From Lytechinus pictus (Eukaryota), in the NCBI RefSeq assembly GCF_037042905.1, contig NC_087245.1, forward strand, positions 27,344,001 to 27,408,000: a stretch of DNA of 64,000 nucleotides, read 5' to 3'. A program made the translations under genes and the position numbers. Below are positions 14,918 through 28,075 of this stretch, piece by piece (positions within the stretch are counted from its first letter, which is position 1; each line of letters begins with the position of its first letter). The notes under the pieces were generated by a model that worked only from the letters and a program-made list of their open reading frames with translations, was not told the DNA's origin and did not search any database.

Positions 14918-15002
14918 CATTCATTCATTTATTCATTCCTTCATTCATTCATTCATTCATTCATTCATTCATTCATTCATTCATTCATTCATTCATTCAT
15001 TC
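14918..15002. repeat. (ATTC)n microsatellite
   Basis: Direct reading. Confidence 0.95.
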
Positions 15003-15489
15003 GCCTTTCCCTTATTTTATTAATAGATGAATGTCTGCATTTCTCTATTCTGTTTATTTTGTAATATTCATTTCCCCAAACTAATCGATAAAATAGAAGG
15101 TATCTTTGTTTAGCAATGGTTGATTATATTCAATATGCAGATATGGTAAAATGGATGTTACATGATTACAAAGTAAACGTTCATTTATTTATTGATTAAA
15201 ATATGCATTTCTTCATTCATTTTATTATTTTCTAATCACCTTTTTATCAAAGTTATTCATTTTCAACAAGAGCTTTTTTTATTTATTTTTCGGGGGGGGG
15301 GTGGGGTCATTAAATAAAACATCCTTCTGGAGCACAACTCGGCTGATAAAAAAAATATTCATTTAAGAAATTAATGTAGGACACCAGGATTTTGGAAAAG
15401 ATTTCTTACCCGTACAATTCTTATTTTTCATATTTTCTTTTACTATTACTACATTTTATTACAATAATAATAGAGACAGCGATCGTTAT

Positions 15490-15635
15490 GTTGTGATGAT
15501 CATAATGAATATGACGATGATGATTATGATAATGATAATAAGAATAAGAAGAATGATGATGATGTTGATGATAATAATAATGGCGATAATAATAATAATA
15601 TTAATAATAATAATACTAATGATAATAAAAGATAA
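15490..15635. repeat. Degenerate (ATG/ATA)n microsatellite
   Basis: Direct reading. Confidence 0.85.
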
Positions 15636-16615
15636 TTACACAACTCGTTCACTGATTCTTTGATCTACATACACACACAGTTAAATATTAGTAGAAAAAA
15701 AACCCATATTTTTAATGGTTATTGAGGTAACCTTTTCCATACCACAGCAGCCTCTCCAATTCTTATTCAGGTCCTATTTTCTTTATCATGCAACATGAAA
15801 CTGTATTTGTTCTTCTCATTGACTTGTTTGTTACTTTTTATTCTCCATGTATTTGAAATGCCGACTAGAATAATAATGATACATACCGTTGTACCGAATT
15901 AATTACTTTTTATCATTTTTCAAGATCACTGAAATTAAGTTATTACATTTTCAACTCTCGGCGGATAACGCGATGAGCTGTATTTTAATCAACGAACAAT
16001 TTGACAGATGCACCAACCTGGAAAGCTCAAGAGAATGTATTTTGGAAGGTGCTTTTCTTTGCTGACAGAAAAGTAATCGATTTTAATCTCAAGACTTTTG
16101 TCGCCCAGGGCTTCATTTTCGTTGAAAATTTGCAATCGAGGAGATCTGTGTTCAAGAATTATGATGTATCGTTTTTCAGGGCGACGTAGCGTGGGTTAAT
16201 ACTCGCAGCTATCGCTTATTTCCCGAAGGAAAATTATATCCAATTGTTTTTAAATCGACATTGATACCCCTTTGTCGTGTCATGTAAGGGATAATATAAC
16301 ACAACACAGCAAATTATATTGAAAATGAGATCTCTGTAAAATACATGGACAAATAGTCTTACTTTAAACATCCCCCCAAAAAACCTTGAAATTCAGAAAA
16401 CAAGATTAAAAAAAAAATCATAATTCAATTAATATTGGTACACAAGGTTTTATATCTGTACACAATTCATCTTTTAAAAATGATGAGAATGTGAGAGTTC
16501 AAATTCAAAGCATTGGACAAACAACAAATTTCTCGCGAATATGTGTCCTTGCCTCCAAATTTTCACAATCAATTGGTTATAATCTACTAAAATGTTTGTT
16601 TATTTGTTACCAATA

Positions 16616-16823
16616 TACACTCTAAAAACACTGAATAAAGATTTATCCTGGGAACATGCATTTTTGCTGTTTTTTTTACCCTATATTGGGCTAAATGCAT
16701 TTTTTAAGGGTAAATTTCAACGCAACATTGCGTAAAATTCACAAAATATTTAGTATCTGTTTACCCAACTAACATGCATGTTCCCATTTTACCCATTATT
16801 GGGTAAACCCTTTTTAGAGTGTA
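16616..16823. mobile_element. CACT-terminus MITE with TA flanks
   Basis: TA|CACTCTAAAAA...TTTTTAGAGTG|TA; internal TTTACCC motifs; related fragment at ~13640-13856. Confidence 0.8.
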
Positions 16824-17030
16824 TTTGGTCGGACACATATTCACCGACAGTTGAATAAAGTTTGGCCAATCCCTTTCACGAGTTTTAAGTTACGTGAGTG
16901 TACAGGCTTATTTTAAAACTTAAAACGTTTTAACTTCATCCATCACACTAGGTTACCAACTTTTGTATAAAGACATGCAAGTAATTATACATATATCTTT
17001 TTTTTTATTTGGTGGTGTATTTCTACTCAC

Positions 17031-17244
17031 CCATATCATTATAGTTATCATCATAGAGTAACTCCGGTAATGTCTTATCCGGTGAGAGGAGGGCACGGAG
17101 CGTGAGGTAATTTTCAAGAGAAGAAGATGGCGATAGCTGACGTGAGTTCTGATCTGCAACAGGTTGGCATTGTCCGAAGCGAAGGAGAAGACAAGCTGCA
17201 AGGAGGATGGCTCTACTCAGCTGGCAAAGTGATCGCTTCATCAT
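17031..17244 (-). CDS. Coding exon A of CRH/DH44-type neuropeptide precursor (signal peptide + propeptide); whole exon 17031-17352 including 5'UTR
   Basis: ATG at 17244 (the track's 17250 start is TTG) gives MMKRSLCQLSRAILLAACLLLRFGQC-QPVADQ...LLYDDNYNDM, with basic n-region, hydrophobic core and small-residue cleavage site. Acceptor ttcccttttccttacttttcAG ends at 17353, with CTAAT branch-like motif upstream. Donor ATGG|GTGAGT at 17030 (phase 1). No upstream ATG in the exon. Confidence 0.85.
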
Positions 17245-18087
17245 GGACAAATGGAGACGCGATAGTGTGGAAGGGATGTCTTTCAGAGTATGTAGCTTGC
17301 GTTTCCCTGCTCAAGTGATTTTCCTCAGCAATTTGTGGCAAATCTAAGCGGTCTGAAAAGTAAGGAAAAGGGAATATTAGAGGTTTGAATAATGCAACCT
17401 AGCAATATTTTGGCATTAGTGCTTCATGTGGTATTCAAATTCATAAACGAAACTACATTTACTAGTTTATAAATTGCAAAGAAACATTTACGAAAAATTA
17501 TGACTGGCTGTGTCGTATATGTCGTAAGAAAGTTCTGGGTTGTTTGAATACTGAATCAACTCGTTTTATCCAGAGATTTCCTAATTGGCATTGGAGCAAA
17601 ATATAGACGCGCATCCTTTTCACTAGGAAAGCCATACATCCGACGTAGTCTCGGCATGCTCAAGGCCATTGTGGGATTCAAAATTCCTTTTTAGGTCCAT
17701 CACGTCACGTCTGTCTTCATGTAACTCGAGAATAATGCCCATTTTCGAGGGGTGGGGGGGGGGGGCTAATTACGTAGAAATAATGTAGAACGCGACATGG
17801 AAATATCGAAAATTAGTATTTTCAGATTGAAGGAAGACACACACACGCGTTTCCGCAGACGTCTACATCCATACCCTTATCCTACCCCTCCACAAACACA
17901 AGGAGAGAGAGAGAGATGGGGGGGGGGGGGGAATCAGAATAAGGACAATAAACGCATGTGATGGAATGTACGTATTTTGGAACAATTATCATCATGATAC
18001 CCAATTATTGGACAAATTCTCAAGGGGTAATAAGGCGAATGGAAACAACCACTAGAAAAGCAACCTAACTCGCATTACTTAACTCAC

Positions 18088-18364
18088 CACAAACAGAAAA
18101 TCTGAGATGAGCTCAGCACTCTCTACCTGAAACCACACATCGAGTGATCAACTCTCTTCAGAAGAGTTTTAAAATCAAGACCAATCCTGTCAATAGCTAC
18201 GAGTCACCATGACTCGATTTCAAAGCCCAAAGATTCAAATTTTCTTGACCAGAAACGACTCTCCCGCTCAATCATTTTCAGGACATTACTCTCTGATGTA
18301 AATCTCACAGGAAATAATCATGATAATCGGGCAGATACTGCCATTAAATAAGGCATTTTATATA
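18088..18364 (-). promoter_or_regulatory. Alternative candidate proximal first exon/promoter
   Basis: TATATAAAA 18364-18356, CAGT Inr-like motif ~18339, donor GTG|GTGAGT at 18087, ~735 bp upstream of the exon A acceptor. Contains several upstream ATGs. Confidence 0.25.
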
Positions 18365-20750
18365 CTAGTACTTAGCTTTATTTTTCCTACATCATAAAAT
18401 TGAAAATGCTCTAGGTATTGCTAACGATGTGAGCTCAGATTATTAATAGTATAAGAAATTACAAACAAGTGCCCCCGAAGCTCACTCTGTACATTAATCA
18501 TTTTGACTGTTTGCCCATTTATATTGATATATGGTATTAGCATTGAAAAAACTCGAATTATGAAATCTTATGTATTGTAAACATTTTTTGATACTTGAAT
18601 AAATCATGTATATGGTGCAGGACTCGAGCCTTTCTGATTTCTACCCGTGTGCGTAATTTTGTTGTCATCCCACCAACATAACCTACGGGCGACGCATCGC
18701 GACGCCGGGATATTTTGATGGGGAGGGGCAGTGGCATATGACCTAAAATGTGACATAATATCTAAAAGAAAGAATTATAAGCACATTATAGAATTATACC
18801 ACGTAGAAATTATTTTCGACTCTTCTTCTTCCTTTCCTTTCTCCCTCTTCTTTGGTTTCGTTTTCCTCTTTTTCTTCACTATATACTTGCATGATCATCG
18901 GGAGCTGCCCTTGCCCCCCTCGTGGCGCCGCTCCTGACAGAAACAACTTCCCAACAATAATACACTTTCTTATTTGAAATATTACGTAATATTTCTCGGC
19001 TTGGGTAAATCAGTTTCGTTTGTGTGACTATTGCCTTTAAACAAGATGTTTTTATTTGATGCCAACATAACTCTTCTTCCAACAATACAAGCGTAATTCG
19101 GAAGGTCCATCACCGGTCGCGCTTTCTTTGATAATAGTGCATATTTCAACAAATAGGGTTGGATATTAATATTATTCGTGTGGTAGAGCGATTATAAAAC
19201 GAGAAGTGGAGTACGTGAACTGGTTTTCACTTGGTGTCGTGCGCACGTGCAATTCTACCATATTTCGTTCCGCCGTTTGGTTACAGTATTGACAAGATGA
19301 CATTGATCTTTTCCCTGAAATAATTTGCAGACTCTTCCCCTTCAAATATGTATTTTACCTATCATTAATCAACCTCAGGTTAAGGCAGGAAGGGAATAAG
19401 GTTGTCTGACTTTCCATTTCTGGAGGGAAAATACATTCAACAGTCTAGTTCACTCCTATGTCAGTATTTGGATTTCTAACAGTATATTTTAATTAAAATT
19501 GGACGCTGTTTGAGCACCCCATCATGTGCAAGACCTAAAACCATTCTAGTTTCTTGAATAGTTTTACTTTATTAATGGTGTATGCTAGTAATATATCGCA
19601 TCCATATATCATGGAGCTATCATGTATTGAAGTGATAGTTGAACCGAAATAATCTCGGAAACAGTTTTCCTTAAATGATTCTTGATTCTATCTGCATGTC
19701 TGCATATATTCAAGTAAAGTGAGATCGATTGCTAATAGAAAATGATGAAAATTTGTTTCATGCAATTTATATATGATCATTGTTTTTTATGGAGCTCATA
19801 GATCTGTAGATAGAACTGAGAGTAAGCTTGTAGCATACTGTGGTATTACCTGTTGCTGCTGTCTCATTTCTCTTTTCAATTGGAGGCAGGTTTAAATTGG
19901 AAACTGTAAAACCCTTTTCAATGAAGAAATCTGGTATTACCTTTAAAAACGGTTTAAAAAGAGAAAAGAACTAATATGAGCAAGTATCCACAAACTAAAG
20001 TCCCGCAATTCAACAGTTCAGTTACTGTTATCTATTTCACAAGGTCGATCTGTATGTCGTATTTCCCAAAATAAAGCAGTCCTTTAATCGGAAACCGTAT
20101 TGCCGGATGCTACATCATTTCAGTACACCAATAATAGCAGCATCATTAAACTTTTTCAGGGCTCTTCAAAACATTGAAGACAATGAGTAAATAAGAAATA
20201 GAGAGGGGGAGAGAGGGGAAGGACGGAGGGGAAGACAGAGAGGATAGGATGATCAAGGCGTAATGAACGAGAAAACAAGATCCGAACCACATTGAACATT
20301 ACTTTGTGCACGAATTCTTGGAATCAGGGGCGCCATTCACCATCATTTTAGCGGAACGGGCTGTTGTCGGTGTCGTCTTATATACAACCTTCTGTTTTTC
20401 GTTCCATGTTTGTCATTTTGCGCACACCATTGATCAGTCTGTTTTCCCCATTCGAGTTGACGCAAACAAAGTAATGCCTCGTTTATAATATGAAACCCAC
20501 CCACACTAAAGTTCTATTGTTTGGCTTCAACCTCCTCCCACGGGAAGAGGTTTGAAACTTAAAACGCAAGAAAGTCAACGGTTAGAGATCTATTTATATT
20601 TTCAAACGTTATAAGGAGTTTTTATGTATCATGACTTTCAACACGTGTTCATTAAAATAAAAATATCATCGTTGACTGTAGACTCAGAACCCTGATCTAC
20701 TTTTGTACAACTATCCAGGTTTTATTGAATTAATGCACATATATTGCACA

Positions 20751-21624
20751 TTGAATATTGTCCATTTTTAAGTTCCTTCTGATGACTATTCGTTGTAACA
20801 ATCTAAGTAAACGGGTGACTGCTTTACTGAAACGTCTGGCATTACATAAATGGGAATAGAAAACAATGTTGACGTACCATAAGTTGAATATTGTCCATTC
20901 TTAAAGGAAAAGTCCACCCCCAACAAAAAGTTGATTTGAATAAAAAGAGAAAAATCCAACAAGCAAAACACTGAAAATTTCCTCAAAATCGGATGTAAAA
21001 TACGAAAGTTATGACATTTTAAAGTTTCGCTTAATTTCACAAAACAGTTATCTGTACATCCTGGTTGGTATGCAAATGAGGAGACTGGTGACATTATCCA
21101 CTCACTATTTCTTTTGTATTTCATTATATGAAATATGAAATATTCTAATTTTCTCCTCATTGTCAAGTGAAAAATAATTAAGTCCTCACTGAACATGTGG
21201 AATTAGCATTGTTTGATACTATATGGTTCACTCAAGATGGTGCTTATTGTCATATCTGTAAAAAATGAAATTTTGTATAATTCAAACAATAAAAAACAAA
21301 AGAAATAGTGAGTGATGGACATCATCGACTGACTCATTTGCATGTCACTGAGGTGTGCATATCACTGTTTTGTGAAAAATAAGCGAAACTTTTAAATGCC
21401 ATAACTTTGTTATTTTACATCCGATTTTGATGAAACTTTCAGCATTATGCTAGTTTGATTTTTTTCTGTTTATTCAAATCAACGTTTTTCTGGGGTGGAC
21501 TTGACCTTTAAGTTCCTTTTGATGACTATTCGTTGTAACAATCTAAGAAAACGGGTGACTGCTTTGTTGAAACGTCTGGCATTACATTAATGGGGATAGA
21601 GAACAATGGTAGGCGTACCATAAG
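20751..21624. repeat. ~133-bp tandem duplication, second copy interrupted by a MITE
   Basis: Copy 1 20751-20883; copy 2 20884-20904 + 21508-21624. Confidence 0.9.
20905..21507. mobile_element. Kolobok-like MITE
   Basis: TTAA|AGGAAAAGTCCACCC...GGGTGGACTTGACCT|TTAA; empty site visible in the adjacent duplicate. Confidence 0.92.
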
Positions 21625-21884
21625 TCAAGGCTCCCCAGAAAGTAGAAAAATAAATATATGTATGATAAATTATCATCTAAACAAATTATACCACAACCTA
21701 ATGCAAGTATATATGTTACGAAATAAGTTCTCAATGTCACAGTATTCACATCAATTATATTTCCACTATAATCAATTTGCTTTGTACTGTCACTGGCATT
21801 TCTCATACATTCAACCCTTTATGTAGAAACACATGATTCTCACACTTTATTAAGGTGTGTATATGTATAGATATATATATATAT

Positions 21885-22855
21885 AAAGTTCGCACTTTGA
21901 AAAAGCCTTGGGAATTAAAAAATATACAACATGTGGGTATTTTTTTCACATATAATCTTGGGTTTGGGTCTAATCTATCCAATGAAAGTAAAGCTTTGAC
22001 AGAATGTTACACTTGAGTGAGCACTGTCCATTTTTGTAAAGATAGCAGAAATCTGTTTGCGCAGAAATGCTCGTTTTCACGCTGTTTCAAGGGGAAAGGG
22101 CGAAATTAAATTTACCCTGCGAATCATTTCTCATACATTTCCCTTGCACTTTTGGTCAATTGAAATTAAACGGATACATTCAAACATTTTGTAACAATTT
22201 TGCCACCCAAGTTGACATTTCAACAATTAGTAAGTACAACCTTCACCCTTTTTGTACCAGCTGGATCTGAGGACATAACTGAATCTGAACAAAAGTTTAT
22301 TTCATGCATCTCCAGCATTTTTTTACTAAGTTTTTATCATTTAAAGTGGGTTTACATTTCATTTTTCATTTAATACTTGTTTCTCCACACTTTTACCAAG
22401 CTTGATAATGATTAACAAAATGAAAGTCAAGCCTAAGCCATTTCATGTAAATCACAGCTCAGTGTAAAGCAAATATCGTCACGATGGCCTGGGTGTTTGG
22501 GAGAGTGGGGTGGGGCGCAGTGCACCCTTCGAAGTGTTTTGGGCAAGGAATAAAGTTTAAAAAAGGTAAAAGATATCTTCAAATCAATTTTACGAGCTAA
22601 ATTCAACGTGTTCTTCATGATTAAGGTCTACATTTATTCACATAACTATTTCAAAGTTCTGCGCAAATAATTTTCACTAACTTTTCAAAAGTAAGTGGTG
22701 CTCACTTAAGCGGAAATATTTTTCGACAGTTATATCGTCATTTGCTTAAATGGATCTGTCCCGATGTTAAAATGTGGAAAATGTTCAGGATATTACAAAT
22801 GTATCATTTTACAGGATTTTTTCTAACTGTAAACTTTTTTTTGATACGCAATGTA
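21885..22855. mobile_element. Tc1/mariner-like non-autonomous element, left terminus eroded
   Basis: Right end ...TGTAAACTTTTTTTTGATACGCAATG|TA; left AAAGTTCGCACTTTGAAAAAG roughly mirrors it; lies in (TA)n. Confidence 0.6.
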
Positions 22856-25855
22856 TACATATATATACATATGCTCTAATACTGAATATCTAAAAACAAA
22901 AAGACGGGGAATATTATGCACCCCGCAGGGCTAAAAGGATGCAGATGACTACTTATATCATCTCACCCATTTCACACCGTCTTTGAAGAAGAACAGAAGC
23001 GCCATTAATATAGGAAACCATTATGCAAAATTCAAGTGTTTCCTACGTCTTTTGACCTTAACGAATTGCTATATCAAGATAACACTCATGCAACCACGAT
23101 GGGAGGGGGGTAGGGGGTTGTAGGCTTTTCGTAAGTTCATTAATCTGTCATCTTGATAACAAACCAAATATTTAGTATAATATTCGTCTGGTCAATCAAC
23201 TAAATATTTCAAATTATACAAGGATTGAATGTAAATGTGTATACCATGTTTATTCCGTTTTAGTTTAAGATACTTGCTCGTGCATGACTTGTGTAAGAAT
23301 TTGTTTGTGGGTGTGGACATGGGCGTTTTAGTTGGTTGAAGCCTATATGGTAATATTTGTTAACAATATTTGAATTTTTATATAAACAGAAAAATAAAGG
23401 TGTATATGGAATTATATCAAAAGGACAAGGGCCACATAGACTTTGATTGTTATGAATCTTTAACAACCCTTGAATGCATGAGTATTTTTGGTGAGTGTAA
23501 ACCCAGCTTTAATCATGTCGTTGCCTTTATGTAACTTTGTTTTAGAGTTGAAATGACCGAGCCCTTCAGTCCCAGTGTAGTATCAGAGCTGGAGGCATAG
23601 GAAGAAGGCATAGGTCCGGAGCATTCACCTATGGAACCTGTAACCTAATTCCATCCATTACCCCTTGTTCGATCCGGACACACACTTTTTTGAAACTGGA
23701 TGCACTCCGACTTCCTTTTATTACTTCAATATAGAACTCATCACGAGCACTTAAAAATGTTGATCAGAGACGGCGTGTTTGGACCTCAAAGGACGATGTA
23801 ATGATAGGGTAAGTTTGTCCCTCTCTCTCTTTTCTCCCTCTTTCCATCACTCTCTCTCTCCCCTCTTTCTTTCTTTCTCTTTTGTTGTTTGCCTTTAAGT
23901 GGTAATTTTTCCCTCTATGGTCAGTTTCTATCTACATCACCTACTCACCACACCAACGGTCCCAGTCATTGTGTTTTAAAATGTTATGAATTCAGAATTT
24001 TCTTATCGATATGGTTGAAATGTTACCATGCGATGTTTCGCAAACGTACGGCTTATGTCTATGCTTAGGCGCCAAAACGCACATGTTGATCAATGCTTAA
24101 CCTCATTAATATTTACCCGACATCCCGTCTGCATGGTCTGACCAGTACGGTGATGCATTCTATACTACACGCAGTCGGGAAATTTTAAGTGAAAATTATT
24201 AGTTACACTTAAATAATTATGACCCTTTCCCCTTTTTCCTATTCAATGTTGAAACTCGGTAAACATTACAATTTTATCTTCAAGATAACAAATACACTGC
24301 CGCAACTAGATATTGGTATTTGAATTGGTCCATGATGTGCACTCTTTGATCTGCACATTTTGAAATGAAGAAAAACTAGTAAAGTATTCGTATTTCATTA
24401 AAAAGCTCTCTCACCATTTCCCTCTGAAATCACAGACATGAGATATTTAAAGTACATCTACATCTCGTGTGCTAAATGATCGCCATATCGTTTTCATTAA
24501 TTGAAAGCGTTAATGCATTTCTATTCATTAAAAGTATTGGATTCTTGGACAGAAATGTAGAGAAAGATTGACAGAGAAAGCGATAGGGCCGATGAGAGGG
24601 AGGAGGAGAGAGAGCACACGAATGAGAAACTAGCGAGAATGAATAATATCCAATGACATTGAACACTGACATAACGATCATTCCATTAACAAGTATTTAC
24701 AAGCCCTTTCTTGATTTGGGTCTCTCTCTATAATGTTTATGATGTAAAGAAAGAGATGGGGCGCCCTGTTAATTAGATCGCTGCTTCTACCTTCATTAAT
24801 GCTGACAAGAAAAAAAATTAACAAAATTTCAAATTGATCACGAAGCATTGCCTCTGCCAAAGAAGGGTGCCGTAAATTGTTTGGAAACTCTATACCCTTC
24901 TTCTTCTACGTTGTTGCATGTACTAGTGAGGATTGTTGGGGGTCGCCTCATAAATTCAGTACAAGTGCAGTTATCGTGGAGTGTTTATTGAAACACGAGA
25001 AGATTAATGTCTGCAAAGAATATTCTGGAGGGAGAAAATTCAGAGATTAACCTGTCAATCATGGGAAAATATGGAGGAAAAGAAAGTAAGCAATGCATGG
25101 GCTATCAGATTCAATAAAAATAAATACGGCATAATAGAGTAATGAGGGGCCATATGCAGCCATATGATTATGTAGGTAACTACTTTTGTTATATATTTGT
25201 GTATTTTCAATTAAAACGATAGACGAGTAGGACCCAGACAGATTAAGTTAAATCTATTTGTTTTCTCTTATATGTATACTGGGTATTCAAGCTCAAACAA
25301 CATCACGAATATTATAGTTGAACAGTTATCTCTAACGCGACAATTTGTCCAAAGCCACAGTGATTTGCCTAAAATGTGTGTCGGAGCGTGTCGCATTATG
25401 TTACATTGCTATATAATCTAGAAAATAAAGACTATAATTGATATGAGTAGATTCATTTAGTGGTAGAATAGACATGTTGTCAAATAAAATGTTACATATT
25501 TATAATTCCTAATTTACTACTAATTTACTGATAAATATAAACAATCTTATTTCAGGAATACATTGATAAATACACAAGTAACTGAAATGCTTTTAAAGGT
25601 GAGTGAATTATAAACCTCTATTCTCCAATGTTTTTTTTTTCTCAAAAGGGTGCCCAGCAATTCAACAATAAAACTGCATTGTAAGCGGAAACTCAGGTTG
25701 GAAATAACCTTGGAAATAAATAGATCTAGAATTAAGTTTCATAGAACATAATCCTTCAGCAAGGCTTACAGCGGCTTGCTATATTTATTTCTGAATTGAA
25801 TTTCTTTTTATAGTATAAATCATTCAAAGATTTCTGCGTCGGCGTCAAATGTAAG

Positions 25856-25948
25856 AAACAAATGAAGATTTTATATAAAAACGCCTTAAAGAGACATAAT
25901 CTCTCTTATGTCTCTTCATGGCGTTTTGTATAAAGTCTTCATTTGTTT
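25856..25948. repeat. ~93-bp hairpin (inverted repeat)
   Basis: ~43-bp arms AAACAAATGAAGA...AGAGACATAA / TTATGTCTCT...TCTTCATTTGTTT around loop TCTCTC. Confidence 0.85.
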
Positions 25949-27048
25949 ATATGAACACACACGCTTAAAGTGGTGTGCTTCTCCTACTTGAAAATGATTG
26001 AGATATTACTATATTGGCAAACTTGAAATTCATAATTACACTCGTATATTGCATAAATAAATGATTGCGTTTTTGTATCTTTATAGCAGGCAGATAAGTG
26101 ATTTATACTGTCCAGAGTGATGAAAACCGCATTTCCGTTTCAATGCTTTAAAGAAAAAAATGTTCGAATGTTATCTCCACGGTATTTTACTCGTTACAAA
26201 ATGCATAATAGTTTATACGATGAAATATTCATCAGGAGATAATCGTCGAAGAAAGAGAAGAAAATAAACATTAATGAGTATGTATGGACTAGAAATACAT
26301 GACATTCTGAAATAAAGATGTATAAAGAATGGTAATGATCATGATGATAGTTGGGTGATGATTATGATAATGAAGATGATTGCGATGAGGATGATGAAAG
26401 TAAAAATGAATGTTATCTGTATCAACATCACTGACATTAACTCTAAAAGAATGAAGGAATGTCAAATTTGGGTATAGAATAATCTTTTATGTCAAATGAT
26501 GAATAGCTAGAGCATTAACAGATAAGCGGAATATTTGAACAGATGAAAGAATACTAGTAAAAGATTTTTATGAAAGCGAGAGGAGGGGGGGGGGGGTATT
26601 AGAAACATTGGCATAGTATAGACACCAGAGTTTTATCTGCACATAGGAGAACATTAAGACCTTAAAACGATTGGGGGTAATAGAAAACCAATGCCTCCAT
26701 ACCAAACCTGACAGAATACTCCCGCTACTGAGATGTCTTTATTCCTCCAAAAATGATCAGTAAATAGAAAATAGATCGGATAATCCCTTGTATTACAATA
26801 AGGAAGATTGTCTTTCTGCAATTACTATTCAGCCACCTGCGACCAAGGCAAATACAAGAAACAACATTGTCAAACCTACACGTACAACTTATCATGGGTA
26901 ATCCATGGATTACCCATGATAAGTTGTGAAAAATCCCCAACAAAATGACAAAATATTGTGTTAAAGGGTGAGTATTCATGTATTAAGTTAAAAACAGATG
27001 AGATAAACTGCATGGTTTATTGATGCATTTCCACACAACGTTCATGAC

Positions 27049-27623
27049 CAGTGTTTCCACCGTGGGAGGAAATCTGTCCCCAAAGGTAGGGGGGGGGGAC
27101 CAGGGGCTGGAAACTTTGACAAGCCAAAAAAAAAAAATATATATATAAGGTCATTCAAAAAAAAAATACAAGCTAAAAAAAAAAGGTTTTCACCCAAAAT
27201 GTAAGGTCATATAGTCCAAAATATTATTTTGATTGGGATTTTTCTCCATCATGAAAGACCAAACATAGTAGGAGGGACATTTGATATGAAATTTTATTTT
27301 TAACGAAAATCGTTCAAAAACAAAGTGAGCCTAAAACTTGGTCCACGTAACCAAAGTCGAAGGATTTAAACTATTTTGCTGAATGCACTTTAAAAAAACA
27401 GCAACAAAATTACAAAATGAAAGAGCGGAGCGCGAGCAGAATTTTTTTAGCTACGGATGAGGCAAATTCTTTGAATATAACATGCATGTTGAAAGTTGCT
27501 ACGTTTAATAGTAATTTTCCGATTTCCCGGAATTTCCTGGAATTGTTTCATTTCCCGAAAATTACGTGAAAATTATCCGGATTTCCCGGAATTCGGGAAA
27601 TTTCCTTCAAAGTGGAAACACTG
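27049..27623. mobile_element. hAT-type non-autonomous element
   Basis: Perfect 12-bp TIR CAGTGTTTCCAC; 8-bp TSD TTCATGAC/TTCATAAC; subterminal TTTCCCGG repeats near the right end. Confidence 0.88.
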
Positions 27624-28075
27624 TTCATAACATTGTACGTTATTTTACACAACAAAGATGCATGACCTCTTTTAACCCAAAATGTGTAATAGTGAATATT
27701 TAGTGGTGACCGACAACTTATACATAATTTATTTTTTTCCCATCAATAATCAATTTCTGTCTACGTCTTCTTTTTTCTCATTGACCAAATGATTGCTCAT
27801 TTTATTCAAAAAATTGAATCATATCTAATAGAGATATGAACACATTGTCTTATGGGGATTTGCAAGAAAGTTAAGTTGCAATCGATGTGAAATCAATCAA
27901 TCAATCAATCTACGTTGCTAGAAACAGGCCTGCGATCAAGTGCAAGTTGCTGCAATAGGGAATACATCTCTAATATTTCACCTAATTTGCAAACGATCTG
28001 CATTATTTTGCAGCTGCAAACACAATCTGCAGCCCAATACTAGACTAACGGGGACAAAGCGTAGGCCTGTTTTAA

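Noticed and set aside
20786..21196. 136-aa ORF as a transposase remnant
   Set aside because: Runs across the MITE TIR into flanking DNA; no transposase motifs
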